From: Vibrio vulnificus CMCP6
Lineage (GTDB): Bacteria; Pseudomonadota; Gammaproteobacteria; Enterobacterales; Vibrionaceae
Reading direction: 5' to 3'
Assembly (NCBI RefSeq): GCF_000039765.1
Contig: NC_004459.3
Coordinates: forward strand, 660,001 to 692,000
DNA length: 32,000 bases
Shown: piece by piece, positions 1 through 9,418 of the stretch
Layout: every line of letters starts with the position of its first letter
How positions within the stretch are numbered: the stretch's first letter is position 1
Program-made: the position numbers and the translations under genes
Notes under the pieces: model-generated
Databases searched by the model: none
The model's input: the letters and a program-made list of their open reading frames with translations, nothing else
Told to the model about the DNA's origin: nothing

Positions 1-722
1 TGCTCAGCGTTTGATTCGGCAATCTCACGCTCAACACGCTCACCCGATGCATCATATACCGCAACCTCACGGCGCGTAATTTCTGCAACGTCCCCTTCTT
101 CTAGGTACATAAAGCGGCGAGTTACGTTAAGCAGTGCCAGTTGGTCGGAAGCAAGGAAGTTTTCACCCACACCAAAACCAATCACAATCGGACTACCAGA
201 ACGAGCCACCACGATGCGCGAAGGATCGTTACGATCCAAGACAACCGTGCCGTAAGCACCTTCCAATTGTTTAACGGTTTTTTGTACGGCTTCAAGTAAT
301 GACGCTGCGGTACGCAATTCCCACTCAACCAAGTGAGCAATCACTTCAGTATCCGTTTGAGATTCAAACACATAGCCACGAGATTGCAACAACTCACGTA
401 GCGTTTCATGGTTTTCAATAATGCCGTTATGTACCACGCTGATGTCGCCCGACTGATGTGGGTGCGCGTTGATCTCAGAAGGCTCACCATGAGTCGCCCA
501 ACGCGTGTGCGCGATCCCCGTCCCACCAACGACCTCGGCTTGATCCACAGCATCCGCCAATTCTTGTACTTTACCCAAGCGACGAATTCGAGTTAGGTTG
601 GATTGGCTATCAACCACTGCAACACCCGCAGAGTCATAACCGCGGTATTCTAAACGACGTAGACCTTCAACCAAGATCTCTGCGACATCACGCTGTGCAA
701 CAGCACCAACGATTCCACACAT
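1..722 (-). CDS. glmS: Glutamine--fructose-6-phosphate aminotransferase, N-terminal part (3' end lies outside the window)
   Basis: The frame is open to the left edge, so it is absent from the ORF track. Translation from ATG 722-720 reads [38 protein letters not shown]...[16 protein letters not shown]. This is the Cys2 Ntn-glutaminase N-terminus typical of GlmS. GGAG (730-733, minus strand) lies 7 nt upstream of the ATG. Confidence 0.95.
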   Translation of the reverse strand, partial: MCGIVGAVAQRDVAEILVEGLRRLEYRGYDSAGVAVVDSQSNLTRIRRLGKVQELADAVDQAEVVGGTGIAHTRWATHGEPSEINAHPHQSGDISVVHNGIIENHETLRELLQSRGYVFESQTDTEVIAHLVEWELRTAASLLEAVQKTVKQLEGAYGTVVLDRNDPSRIVVARSGSPIVIGFGVGENFLASDQLALLNVTRRFMYLEEGDVAEITRREVAVYDASGERVEREIAESNAE

Positions 723-748
723 GTTTTATCTCCATTTTTATTTTTTGC

Positions 749-785
749 TTCCTCGTACTTCGCAAGCAAAAGTCGTTACGAGGAA
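749..785 (-). other. 9-bp stem-loop in the 68-nt spacer between the DeoR regulator gene and glmS
   Basis: ttcctcgta (749-757) pairs with tacgaggaa (777-785). On the transcribed minus strand it is followed by an A-rich tract, not a U-run, so it is not a canonical terminator. It sits about 15 nt upstream of the glmS SD. Confidence 0.3.
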
Positions 786-790
786 AAAGA

Positions 791-1552
791 TTAGGCACAG
801 ATGACGCGCACGCCATTGGCTTCCATTTCGGCTTTGTGTTCTGGCAGCAAGTCATTGTTGGTGATCAGAATATCGATCATCTCCCACGCCAGTTCGAGAT
901 TCGGGATTTTGCGCCCCACCTTATCGGACTCAACCATGACGATCACTTCTCGTGAGACTTCCGCCATCACTTTGCTCAGGCCGACAAGTTCATTAAATGT
1001 GGTGGTCCCACGGGTCAGGTCAACACCATCTGCGCCGATGAAGAGCTGATCAAAGTCGTACGATCGCAACACCGATTCGGCCACTTTTCCTTGGAAGGAT
1101 TCAGAATGGTTGTCCCAAGTTCCGCCAGTCATTAAAAGCGTAGGTTCACTTTCCAGCTCGTTCAACGCGTTGGCTACGTGCAATGAGTTGGTCATCACCA
1201 CCAAACCGCGTTTGCTGTTGAGTTGCTGAATAAGCGCCCCGGTTGTGCTACCGCTGTCGATCACGATACGGTTGTGGTCTCGAATCAGCTCCGCCGCTTT
1301 CTCTGCGAGTTTTAGCTTTCGATCCGAAACGTTTTGACTCATTTCTTCATGAATCACTTCTTTGGGGATCGCAATCGCGCCACCGTAGCGGCGCAACAAT
1401 TGGCCATTCTTTTCTAATGACGCCAAATCCTTTCGAATCGTGACTTCTGAGGTGTCAAATTTATGAGCGAGCTCGTCAACACTGACCTCTCCTTTCTCAT
1501 TAACCAGTTTAGAAATACTGTGTCTTCTCAGCTGAGTGTTTCGTTTCGACAT
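791..1552 (-). CDS. DeoR/GlpR-family transcriptional regulator (N-terminal HTH plus DeoR C-terminal sugar-phosphate sensor domain)
   Basis: 253-aa ORF. The N-terminus SISKLVNEKGEVSVDELAHKFDTSEVTIRKDLASLEKNG is a DeoR-type wHTH. The remainder (IVIDSGSTT...MTNS...LFIGADGVD) matches the DeoR C-terminal domain pattern. It is co-oriented with and immediately upstream of glmS. Confidence 0.9.
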   Translation of the reverse strand: MSKRNTQLRRHSISKLVNEKGEVSVDELAHKFDTSEVTIRKDLASLEKNGQLLRRYGGAIAIPKEVIHEEMSQNVSDRKLKLAEKAAELIRDHNRIVIDSGSTTGALIQQLNSKRGLVVMTNSLHVANALNELESEPTLLMTGGTWDNHSESFQGKVAESVLRSYDFDQLFIGADGVDLTRGTTTFNELVGLSKVMAEVSREVIVMVESDKVGRKIPNLELAWEMIDILITNNDLLPEHKAEMEANGVRVICA

Positions 1553-1841
1553 TTAACTTTTAACTTTAAGTTTCGAATTGAAAGAAATTATAGTTGAAGT
1601 GAAACTTTTTAGTCCATTTATTTCGATCCAAAAAATTAATAAATAGCGCTGAAACCTTGTCCTAAGACAATTCTTAGACAGTGATATTGACTGAATTCAG
1701 TGGTAGAATTCGCCTCCGAAAAGAAAATTTATTACAGAATTGACCGTTATTTTTTTGCAACTTTCTTCATATAAAGTGGATAAAGTCACAAAAATAGAGA
1801 ATTTTGAATTATTGAGTTGGTCATAAAATGACTAAACTTGA

Positions 1842-1854
1842 TGAAAGACTTTCA
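1842..1854. promoter_or_regulatory. Perfect 6-1-6 palindrome TGAAAG-A-CTTTCA upstream of pykF (candidate operator)
   Basis: Read directly from the sequence, about 130 nt upstream of the pykF ATG. The half-site resembles the TGAAAC half-site of Cra/FruR-type LacI-family operators. The odd central base and G-for-C change make the assignment weak. Confidence 0.2.
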
Positions 1855-1982
1855 ACCCTGATGTCATTAAGTTTTTTGTAGATAGGCCCGCTGAGAAGCT
1901 AAAAAAAGTGGGACATGTAAAGGCATTAGGCTACAAACACCGACTTTCAAATTGTAACTATATTGACCGGAGAGTATCTTCC

Positions 1983-3395
1983 ATGAAAAAGACCAAAATC
2001 GTATGTACGATTGGCCCAAAAACTGAGTCTGTAGAGAAACTGACTGAACTAGTCAACTCAGGTATGAACGTAATGCGCCTGAACTTTTCTCACGGTGACT
2101 ACGTAGAGCACGGCACTCGTATCGCGAACTTCCGCCAAGTAATGGAAAACACAGGTAAGCAACTTGCTATCTTACTAGACACTAAAGGTCCAGAAATCCG
2201 CACTATCAAACTAGAAAACGGCGACGACGTTGATCTAGTAGCTGGTCAAGAATTCACTTTCACGACTGATACTTCTGTTGTTGGTAACAAAGACATCGTA
2301 GCAGTAACTTACCCAGGTTTTGCTGCGGATCTATCTGCTGGTAACACTATCCTAGTTGACGATGGTCTAATCGAGATGGAAGTTATCGCAACGACTGCGA
2401 CTGAAGTTAAGTGTAAAGTACTGAACAACGGTGCTCTAGGCGAAAACAAAGGTGTTAACCTACCAGGCGTTTCTGTAAACCTACCTGCACTATCTGAAAA
2501 AGACAAAAACGACCTTAAATTTGGTTGTGAGCAAGGCGTTGACTTCGTTGCAGCATCTTTCATCCGTAAAGCATCTGACGTAAAAGAAATCCGTGAAGTT
2601 CTAGCAGCAAACGGCGGCGCGAACATTCAGATCATTTCTAAGATTGAAAACCAAGAAGGTGTTGATAACTTCGACGAAATCCTAGAGCTTTCTGACGGTA
2701 TCATGGTTGCTCGTGGTGACCTAGGTGTAGAAATCCCTGCAGAAGAAGTTATCTTCGCACAGAAGATGATGATCGAAAAATGTAACCGCGCACGTAAAGT
2801 GGTTATCACTGCAACTCAAATGCTAGATTCTATGATCAAGAACCCACGTCCAACTCGTGCTGAAGCGGGTGACGTTGCGAACGCAATCATGGATGGTACT
2901 GATGCAGTCATGCTTTCTGGCGAAACAGCGAAAGGTAAATACCCTGTTGAAGCGGTAACTATCATGGCGCAAATCGCTAACCGTACTGATTCTGTACTAA
3001 AAGCAGAGCTAGGCTCTCGTCTAGACAGCCCACGCCTACGTATCACTGAAGCGGTATGTAAAGGTGCAGTAGACACAGCTGAGAAACTAGCAGCACCACT
3101 GATCATCGTTGCAACTGAAGGTGGTAAGTCTGCACGCTCTGTACGTAAGTACTTCCCAACTGCAAACATTCTTGCGCTAACGACGAACAAGAAGACAGCA
3201 GCTCAACTTGTACTGACTAAAGGTGTTACACCTGTTGTTGTTGATTCAATCGACAACACGGATGCGTTCTACGTAACCGGTAAAGAGCTTGCTCTTGAAT
3301 CTGGCCTAGGTAGCAAAGGCGACATCGTTGTGATGGTATCTGGTGCTCTTGTTGCATCTGGTACAACGAATACTGCGTCAGTACACGTACTATAA
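1983..3395 (+). CDS. pykF: Pyruvate kinase I
   Basis: The ORF-track frame 1908..3395 was trimmed to ATG 1983, 8 nt after GGAGAG (1969-1974). This gives a 470-aa product starting [16 protein letters not shown]...[12 protein letters not shown], the standard PykF N-terminus and length. Codon bias is strong, as in highly expressed genes. Confidence 0.96.
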   Translation: MKKTKIVCTIGPKTESVEKLTELVNSGMNVMRLNFSHGDYVEHGTRIANFRQVMENTGKQLAILLDTKGPEIRTIKLENGDDVDLVAGQEFTFTTDTSVVGNKDIVAVTYPGFAADLSAGNTILVDDGLIEMEVIATTATEVKCKVLNNGALGENKGVNLPGVSVNLPALSEKDKNDLKFGCEQGVDFVAASFIRKASDVKEIREVLAANGGANIQIISKIENQEGVDNFDEILELSDGIMVARGDLGVEIPAEEVIFAQKMMIEKCNRARKVVITATQMLDSMIKNPRPTRAEAGDVANAIMDGTDAVMLSGETAKGKYPVEAVTIMAQIANRTDSVLKAELGSRLDSPRLRITEAVCKGAVDTAEKLAAPLIIVATEGGKSARSVRKYFPTANILALTTNKKTAAQLVLTKGVTPVVVDSIDNTDAFYVTGKELALESGLGSKGDIVVMVSGALVASGTTNTASVHVL

Positions 3396-3420
3396 GAATT
3401 CGTTACAATTTGTAAAAAAT

Positions 3421-3449
3421 AAAAAGAGGGCCTCGGCCCTCTTTTTTTA
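3421..3449 (+). terminator. Rho-independent terminator of pykF
   Basis: agagggcc(tc)ggccctct GC-rich hairpin (3425-3442) followed by T7 (3442-3448). Confidence 0.8.
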
Positions 3450-3562
3450 TGAAACGGCTTGCGATAACAATCAGTACGCTATATTATCAACCAGAATTGC
3501 GTACCGTTAAAATAATCACATTCTTACTAAATAAAATATATTGTTATCAATGAGGTTTTCTT

Positions 3563-4225
3563 GTGTCTAGCCCGACCCTAACTGACAAAGTATCAAAAAT
3601 GATCTGCCAGGATATTCTTCATGGCGAGCTGAAACCAGGACAAAAATTAGTCGTTGCGGATCTAAAAGACAAGTACAACGTTGGGGCATCACCAATCCGC
3701 GAAGCACTCGTGCAGCTCTCTTGGAGCAAATACGTCAAGCTTGAACCACAAAAAGGCTGTTGGGTTGCCCCAGTCTGCGAAAACGAACTGCGCGATCTTT
3801 ATGAAAGCCTACGCGTCGTGGCTCCTGTTTTGCTGAAAAAAGCAATCGCTTGCGGAAATGAAAACTGGGAACTTGAAGTACTAACGGCTTATCACAAACT
3901 TTCTCGTGCTCAGAATTTAGACACCACACCAGATTGGGCAGAATGGGAAGAGCGCCACAACCATTTCCACACCACGTTACTTGCAGGCGCTGAAGCAAGA
4001 AACATGTTTGATTTCTTTAGAGATCTCGCCAATCAGATTAAACGCTACCGCTATTTTGCTCTCTCTCAACATCAAGGTAATAAGCACTCTCTGTTTGATA
4101 TTGAAGAGCATGAGATGATCATGAAACTTGCTTTGGCAAAAAATTCCGAAGAAGCGGCACGCCTTTTAGACAGCCATCTTGATAGTTCGATGAAAATGAT
4201 TGAATCCGCTATCCAAGCCGCTTAA
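3563..4225 (+). CDS. GntR-family regulator, FadR/FCD subfamily (CsiR/GlaR-like by recollection)
   Basis: 220-aa ORF with a GTG start in the track; ATG 3599 (MICQDIL) is an alternative start. It has an N-terminal wHTH (LVVADLKDKYNVGASPIREALVQLS...QKGCWVAP) and a C-terminal all-helical FCD-like domain (WEERHNHFHTTLLAG...RYRYF). No obvious target operon is adjacent. Confidence 0.85.
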   Translation: MSSPTLTDKVSKMICQDILHGELKPGQKLVVADLKDKYNVGASPIREALVQLSWSKYVKLEPQKGCWVAPVCENELRDLYESLRVVAPVLLKKAIACGNENWELEVLTAYHKLSRAQNLDTTPDWAEWEERHNHFHTTLLAGAEARNMFDFFRDLANQIKRYRYFALSQHQGNKHSLFDIEEHEMIMKLALAKNSEEAARLLDSHLDSSMKMIESAIQAA

Positions 4226-4242
4226 TTTCATTTTGCAGAAAC

Positions 4243-4273
4243 AAAAAAATCGGGGATATTCCCCGATTTTTTA
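4243..4273. terminator. Bidirectional Rho-independent terminator
   Basis: atcgggg(atatt)ccccgat hairpin (4249-4267), flanked by A7 on the left and T6 on the right. Either strand therefore reads hairpin plus U-run. Confidence 0.8.
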
Positions 4274-4328
4274 TTTGAGTGATACCCAAACGACTTGAAG
4301 TGACAGCTTCAAGCTGCTGCGTTTGCAT

Positions 4329-4460
4329 CTACCAACCAAAAAACTCTTTGTGATGTGTGTTGAGCAAAAGGATCAACAATAAGAAGTAAATTGCGCTCAA
4401 TTTAAATCCAAGTACCACTAGGGTTCCAATGGTCAATCTAACTAAAAAATGGTTTAACAT
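4329..4460 (-). CDS. Candidate small hydrophobic protein (43 aa), unannotated
   Basis: ATG 4460-4458 is preceded by GAGG (4467-4470) with a 6-nt spacer. Translation is MLNHFLVRLTIGTLVVLGFKLSAIYFLLLILLLNTHHKEFFGW, ending at TAG 4331-4329. It is followed by hairpin 4294-4313 and the bidirectional terminator. It is below the 60-aa ORF-track cut-off, homology was not assessed, and it could be a chance ORF. Confidence 0.35.
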   Translation of the reverse strand: MLNHFLVRLTIGTLVVLGFKLSAIYFLLLILLLNTHHKEFFGW

Positions 4461-4705
4461 ACTCTGCCTCTAGCGCCCGAACTGAATATTTCCTTATAAA
4501 CACGCAACGCGCGACGTTTCCGTTCAAGACAAGGGCAAACTGCACTGGACCGATCTTACTGTTTATCACCACCAAATATGACAGTAATCACAGCAAACTC
4601 ACTTAGGGGTGACAGTTTACTTAATAACCATTTTAGTTCAATTTTGCTCACATATTAGACTTTAGTCTAACTGTATATATCTCGTTACAATTCCATCGTA
4701 GCGGA

Positions 4706-6586
4706 TTAAGCGAGATCTTCATCGTTGTAGCAGAGGGAGACTTTGTTGCGACCAGAGCTTTTAGAGTCGTACAAGGCAATATCAGCACACTTATAACTGA
4801 GGGTGCTGTTGGAGGTGAGTTCGGTATAGCCCACGCTAATCGTGACATCGACTTGTTTGGAAATCGACACTGCGACACGCAGACGATTTAACACCACTTC
4901 CGCGGCGGAAACGGTGGTATGTGGCATGATGATGGCAAACTCTTCACCACCAACGCGCGCTAAGACATCGGTGTTTCTCAAGCCATTTTGAAGAATCTTA
5001 GCCACTTCGCGTATCACACGATCACCTTCATCATGGCCTTGCTCATCATTCACTCGCTTAAAATAATCTATATCGACTAAGGCTAAACATGCCATAGGCG
5101 TCGCTGGATAGCGCTCGATCAAGCTGGTATGTTGAGCAAGCTGCTGTTCAAATTTACGTCGGTTCCAGATTTGTGTCAGTTCATCACGCTCACTTAAGTT
5201 TCTCAAACGTTCCTCAAGTTCTTTGCGCGCACTGATATCCACCAGCGAAGTAATGTAGTAGCTCACTTGATTGAGAGAGTTTTTCACCGCCTGAATACGC
5301 ATGATCACTGTGATGATGTGGTTGAGCTTGGTTTGGCAACGGATCTCCCCTTCCCATACCTCGTTCTTTTGTAACTCGCTCCATGCTTTGATCACGGTTT
5401 CTAATTCGTCATTCAAAAAGATCAGTTGTTGAGCACTTTTCCCTTCAATCTTATCTCCCTGATGACCAAACATCACTTCGAATTCATGATTCACAAGAAT
5501 GATGCGGTGAGAAGTGTCTGAAATCATCACGGCGGTCATGCCATTCAAAGCCGCCCTGGCCAATTTACTTTCCAAATTGCGCTGGCGATAGTGCAGTACA
5601 ATCGTCAGAGAAGGCAGTGCGACAACTAGGATCAAACACAACACAAAGAGTGCTTCACGCGTAAGATCATTCACGGCAATTTTCGAGCGTTCCATTAACT
5701 GCTGCTGATCCATATCGATCAGCAAGTAGAGATCCCTGTCTTGGCCAAAGCTAACACTGTTATGAACCACTAAATCCTGCTCATCGTAGCTGTAACCCGC
5801 TTTCTGGTGTCTAAACTGCAGCCAAGCTTGCGGATATTGATCACTGAAACGAAAGGCCGCGCGCTCTGGCAGCAAGTCACCAAACTGCTTTTCTTCTTCC
5901 TCACTGATGACGAAGTAGCCACGATCATTGACGATCTCAATGTCAAAATCTTTTACGGGTGAGTAATTCAACCGATCGGCGATGTAATCCACATTCAGAT
6001 TTAGCGCCAAATACCCTTCGCGCTCACCACGTATCGTGACTGGAGTAAAAATAGAAATAACCGGCACATAAGGTTTAATTAATTGCTCATCTCGCGTGTC
6101 TAACGTGATTCCCCATGCCCCGATCTCGCTATTTTCGAGTGTCTTGGCATAGACAAAATAGGCTTCGCTTGCATCGTTTTGCATCTTCGCCGCAGGGAAA
6201 AAGTAATTACGGCTTACGTCGTAATTGAGGCGCAACTGCTCCATCCCTTCCGTGTCCAACAAGCGGATTTCGGTATACCACTTTTGATTGACCACCACAG
6301 ATTCCCACAAAGACATTAACGCCCTTTCCGATTGAGGGTTGGGATCAACGACGAAATCCGTCAAGGTTTGGTTATAAGTCAGTAGTTGTAATACCGAGGC
6401 AACTTGATCATACAGGTTGTTGTATTCGCGCTCGGTGTAGGAGAGCTGATTAAGAGCTTCTTTCGCGGTGTTTTCAATATTGGCGTCGAGCAGATCTTGG
6501 TATTTATCCTGATAGTAGATAGCAATGAGTGCAGCGAAAAAAGCGCTGGTCAAAATGAGAATGCCGAGTAACTTTCTGATTTTCAC
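4706..6586 (-). CDS. Membrane sensor diguanylate cyclase (TM - large periplasmic domain - TM - PAS - GGDEF)
   Basis: 626-aa ORF with a GTG start. It has an N-terminal TM helix (LLGILILTSAFFAALIAIYY) and a second TM (ALFVLCLILVVALPSLTIVL), enclosing a periplasmic region of about 280 aa. A PAS-like segment (MTAVMISDTSHRIILVNHEFEVMFG) follows. The C-terminal GGDEF domain has an intact GGEEF and an RNTD I-site 5 residues upstream. Confidence 0.9.
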   Translation of the reverse strand: MKIRKLLGILILTSAFFAALIAIYYQDKYQDLLDANIENTAKEALNQLSYTEREYNNLYDQVASVLQLLTYNQTLTDFVVDPNPQSERALMSLWESVVVNQKWYTEIRLLDTEGMEQLRLNYDVSRNYFFPAAKMQNDASEAYFVYAKTLENSEIGAWGITLDTRDEQLIKPYVPVISIFTPVTIRGEREGYLALNLNVDYIADRLNYSPVKDFDIEIVNDRGYFVISEEEEKQFGDLLPERAAFRFSDQYPQAWLQFRHQKAGYSYDEQDLVVHNSVSFGQDRDLYLLIDMDQQQLMERSKIAVNDLTREALFVLCLILVVALPSLTIVLHYRQRNLESKLARAALNGMTAVMISDTSHRIILVNHEFEVMFGHQGDKIEGKSAQQLIFLNDELETVIKAWSELQKNEVWEGEIRCQTKLNHIITVIMRIQAVKNSLNQVSYYITSLVDISARKELEERLRNLSERDELTQIWNRRKFEQQLAQHTSLIERYPATPMACLALVDIDYFKRVNDEQGHDEGDRVIREVAKILQNGLRNTDVLARVGGEEFAIIMPHTTVSAAEVVLNRLRVAVSISKQVDVTISVGYTELTSNSTLSYKCADIALYDSKSSGRNKVSLCYNDEDLA

Positions 6587-6682
6587 TCGTAAATTTTACC
6601 TATCAGGGAGAAGAATACCGCGGGAGTATAGCATAGATAGTAGTCAATTTAATCGCCATCAGGCACTACAGATTGATTGTAG

Positions 6683-6717
6683 AATCACAATAATAATGAC
6701 CACCTATCGGTGGCCAT
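6683..6717 (-). terminator. Probable terminator of ilvIH
   Basis: On the minus strand, atggccacc(gata)ggtggtcat (6696-6717, one G-U pair) is followed by uauuauugug. It lies 22 nt after the ilvH stop. Confidence 0.6.
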
Positions 6718-6738
6718 TACATCATGATGAGAGATAGC

Positions 6739-7233
6739 TTACGCTTTTAGCGCTCTTTCTCCGCGAGCAATGCCGACCACACCGCTGCGCGCAACTTCAA
6801 TCACTTCCGTGACTTCAGAAATGGCCTGAATGAAAGCATCCAGTTTTTCGCTGGTACCTGCAAGTTGCACCGTGTACTGCGAGGCCGTAACGTCGACAAT
6901 CTGACCTCGGAAAATATCCGCAGTACGTTTCACTTCTGCACGAGCAAAACCACTGGCTTTCACTTTCACCATCATCAGTTCACGTTCGATATGATCGAAC
7001 TCCGTCACCTCTTGGACTTTCAGCACATCAATCAGTTTATGTAACTGCTTTTGAATCTGCTCTAACTGCATCTCGTCGGTCATCGTGGTAATGTTCAAAC
7101 GAGACAAGGTTTCATCGTCCGTTGGTGAAACGGTCAACGATTCAATGTTATAGCCACGCTGAGAGAACAGCCCTACCACACGAGACAAGGCACCCGGTTG
7201 GTTTTCCATTAACAACGAAATAATGTGTCTCAT
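6739..7233 (-). CDS. ilvH: Acetolactate synthase III, small (regulatory) subunit
   Basis: 164 aa, MRHIISLLMENQPGALSRVVGLFSQRGYNIESLTV (ACT domain). Its start lies 1 nt after the ilvI stop. Confidence 0.96.
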   Translation of the reverse strand: MRHIISLLMENQPGALSRVVGLFSQRGYNIESLTVSPTDDETLSRLNITTMTDEMQLEQIQKQLHKLIDVLKVQEVTEFDHIERELMMVKVKASGFARAEVKRTADIFRGQIVDVTASQYTVQLAGTSEKLDAFIQAISEVTEVIEVARSGVVGIARGERALKA

Positions 7234-7234
7234 A

Positions 7235-8959
7235 TTAAGTTCTCTCCGTTTTGCTTAGCCACATTTTGTCCATGCCTTCGCCTTTGATTTGCATCGGGTA
7301 GACGTGCTCAGTTTCATCCACATTGATATCGACAAACACCAAGCGATCTTTCATGTCGAGGGCGCGTTTAAGCTCTGACTCGAGTTGATCGGGGGTTTCA
7401 ATGCGAATACCTACATGGCCATAAGCTTCTGCAATGGCTGCAAAATCAGGAACAGAACTCATGTATGAGTTAGAGTGGCGACCTTGATAGATAATGTCTT
7501 GCCACTGCTTCACCATTCCAAGGAAACGGTTATTCAAGTTAATAATTTTGACCGGAATGTCATATTGCATCGCAGTCGACAGTTCTTGAATGTTCATTTG
7601 GATACTGCCATCCCCCGTCACCACCACCACTTCTTCTTCTGGCATGGCGAATTTCACCCCCATACCAGCGGGCAGACCAAAGCCCATCGTGCCTAGACCA
7701 CCAGAATTGATCCAACGGCGCGGTTTGTTGAACGGGTAGTAAAGCGCAGCAAACATTTGATGCTGGCCAACATCTGATGCAACGTAAGCATCCCCATTGG
7801 TCAGCTTATGCAGTGTCTCGATCACTTGCTGTGGCTTAATGCGCTCCGAAGAGGTGTCGTAGGCGAGGCAATCTCGTGCTTTCCAGCCTTCAATTTCATC
7901 CCACCAGCTCGCTAAGGCTTGCGTATCGTTTTCAGCGCCTTGCTCTTCAAGAAGTGTCACCATGGTCTCAAGCACTTGCTCCGCTGACCCCACGATGGGT
8001 AGGTCAACTTTGACGTTTTTCGAGATCGAAGAAGGGTCGATGTCGATGTGCATGATCTTCGCATTAGGGCAGTATTTTTCTAAGTTGTTGGTGGTACGGT
8101 CATCAAAACGTACCCCAACACCAAAAATAAGATCGGCGTTATGCATCGCCATATTGGCTTCATATTTACCATGCATGCCGAGCATGCCTAGAGCGTTTTT
8201 GTGGGTCCCCGGGAAAGCACCGAGCCCCATTAGTGTGCTTACAACGGGCAAATTTAATGTTTCAGCCAGCTTGAGGATCGACTCATGCGCACCTGAGATA
8301 ATCGCACCACCACCGATATAAAGAACGGGCTTCTTCGCTTCAAGTAATGCCTTTAGCGCTTTCTTTATTTGACCTTTATGGCCCGAAGTGGTTGGTTTGT
8401 ATGACCGCATGCTGATTGACTTAGGATATTCATAAGGCAGTTTGATCAGCGGGTTCATCACATCTTTTGGTAAGTCAATCACCACAGGGCCAGGGCGGCC
8501 TGTCGTGGCAATGTAAAATGCTTTCTTGATGGTCTCAGGAATGTCTTCCGCACGCTTAACGAGGAAACTATGTTTAACCACAGGGCGAGAAACACCAACG
8601 ATATCGCACTCTTGGAAAGCATCATTACCAATTAAGCTATTGGGTACGTTTCCTGAAATAACGATCATCGGGATGGAATCCATGTAAGCCGTGGCAATTC
8701 CGGTGATGGTGTTCGTTGCGCCTGGTCCTGAACAAACTAGGACAACGCCAGGTTTGCCTGTGGCACGAGCATAACCATCAGCCATGTGGGTCGCGGCTTG
8801 TTCATGACGAACTAATACATGCTTGATTTGTTCAGTTTTGGCGTGAAGAGCATCATAAATATCCAGTACTGAACCACCGGGATAACCAAAAATTTGCTCT
8901 ACGTTTTCTTCGATCAGAGATTGAACAACCATCTCTGCGCCTGACAACATTGCTGTCAT
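7235..8959 (-). CDS. ilvI: Acetolactate synthase III, large (catalytic, ThDP) subunit
   Basis: The track frame was trimmed from TTG 8998 to ATG 8959, which has AAGGAG 8 nt upstream. The product [29 protein letters not shown] is 574 aa and is colinear with E. coli IlvI ([11 protein letters not shown]...). It carries the ThDP motif [12 protein letters not shown]...GDGS. Confidence 0.96.
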   Translation of the reverse strand: MTAMLSGAEMVVQSLIEENVEQIFGYPGGSVLDIYDALHAKTEQIKHVLVRHEQAATHMADGYARATGKPGVVLVCSGPGATNTITGIATAYMDSIPMIVISGNVPNSLIGNDAFQECDIVGVSRPVVKHSFLVKRAEDIPETIKKAFYIATTGRPGPVVIDLPKDVMNPLIKLPYEYPKSISMRSYKPTTSGHKGQIKKALKALLEAKKPVLYIGGGAIISGAHESILKLAETLNLPVVSTLMGLGAFPGTHKNALGMLGMHGKYEANMAMHNADLIFGVGVRFDDRTTNNLEKYCPNAKIMHIDIDPSSISKNVKVDLPIVGSAEQVLETMVTLLEEQGAENDTQALASWWDEIEGWKARDCLAYDTSSERIKPQQVIETLHKLTNGDAYVASDVGQHQMFAALYYPFNKPRRWINSGGLGTMGFGLPAGMGVKFAMPEEEVVVVTGDGSIQMNIQELSTAMQYDIPVKIINLNNRFLGMVKQWQDIIYQGRHSNSYMSSVPDFAAIAEAYGHVGIRIETPDQLESELKRALDMKDRLVFVDINVDETEHVYPMQIKGEGMDKMWLSKTERT

Positions 8960-9342
8960 AGTGCTTCTCCTTAGCCAGTTTCCATTAAATAAGGTCAATC
9001 TAATGGGCTGGTTTTACATAGTTTAGGGCTTATTTGTAGCCTAATTCGAAAAAACTTCATTTTTGCTATGTCCTGCCTTTGTCATAACAAAGAGCAAGGT
9101 AACGCAACAAATGTAACTTTTTATTATCAGCAGGTCTAATGAGAGATAGATCGAAATTTAAACAAGATGCTATTTATTAGCACTTAATAAGGAATAAATC
9201 GCGGATAGAGGTCGTTAATCAGGATGATCACCATATTGCTTCGTTAAAAAAAGAACTAAAATTCACACCTCATCTAATTCTAACGGTGAGAATGCTGTTT
9301 TAGACAATACAAAGCAACGCTTGCCTACAGGCGTCAAAGACG

Positions 9343-9377
9343 GAAAAACCTCACTGGTGTTTCACACTCAGTGAGGT
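9343..9377 (-). terminator. Rho-independent terminator of the acyl-CoA synthetase gene
   Basis: acctcactg (9348-9356) pairs with cagtgaggt (9369-9377). On the minus strand the stem is followed by a U5 run (A-run 9344-9348 on plus). Confidence 0.75.
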
Positions 9378-9418
9378 TCATCAAGGATCAATGTGACGTC
9401 AATGTTCGACAGAAAAGC

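Noticed and set aside
1908-1982. 25-codon N-terminal extension of pykF in the ORF track (GTG start).
   Set aside because: The extension ([25 protein letters not shown]) has no counterpart in pyruvate kinases. ATG 1983 has a GGAGAG SD and gives the canonical [13 protein letters not shown]-terminus and a 470-aa length.
2309-3190. Antisense ORFs of 60-154 aa inside pykF. Similar ones lie opposite ilvI, the acyl-CoA synthetase, leuO, GT, PAP2, leuA-C, djlA, lptD, surA (25927..26391), apaH, folA, the yjj genes and obg.
   Set aside because: They are shadow frames opposite strongly supported genes. They show low-complexity Ser/Arg/Pro-rich or stop-poor mirror-codon composition, no SDs and no recognisable motifs.
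8960-8998. Over-extended starts in the ORF track: ilvI (TTG 8998), acyl-CoA synthetase (11323), lipoprotein (15340), leuD (20053), DUF547 (20786), surA (25024) and pdxA (26312).
   Set aside because: In each case an internal ATG with a better SD reproduces the homologous N-terminus, signal peptide or expected length. The extensions overlap upstream genes or terminators.
8960-9418. Search for an Ile/Leu/Val-rich leader peptide or attenuator upstream of ilvI.
   Set aside because: Only short ORFs with no branched-chain codon runs were found (for example [21 protein letters not shown]), and no terminator hairpin precedes ilvI. The region looks like an AT-rich protein-regulated (Lrp/LeuO-type) promoter instead.
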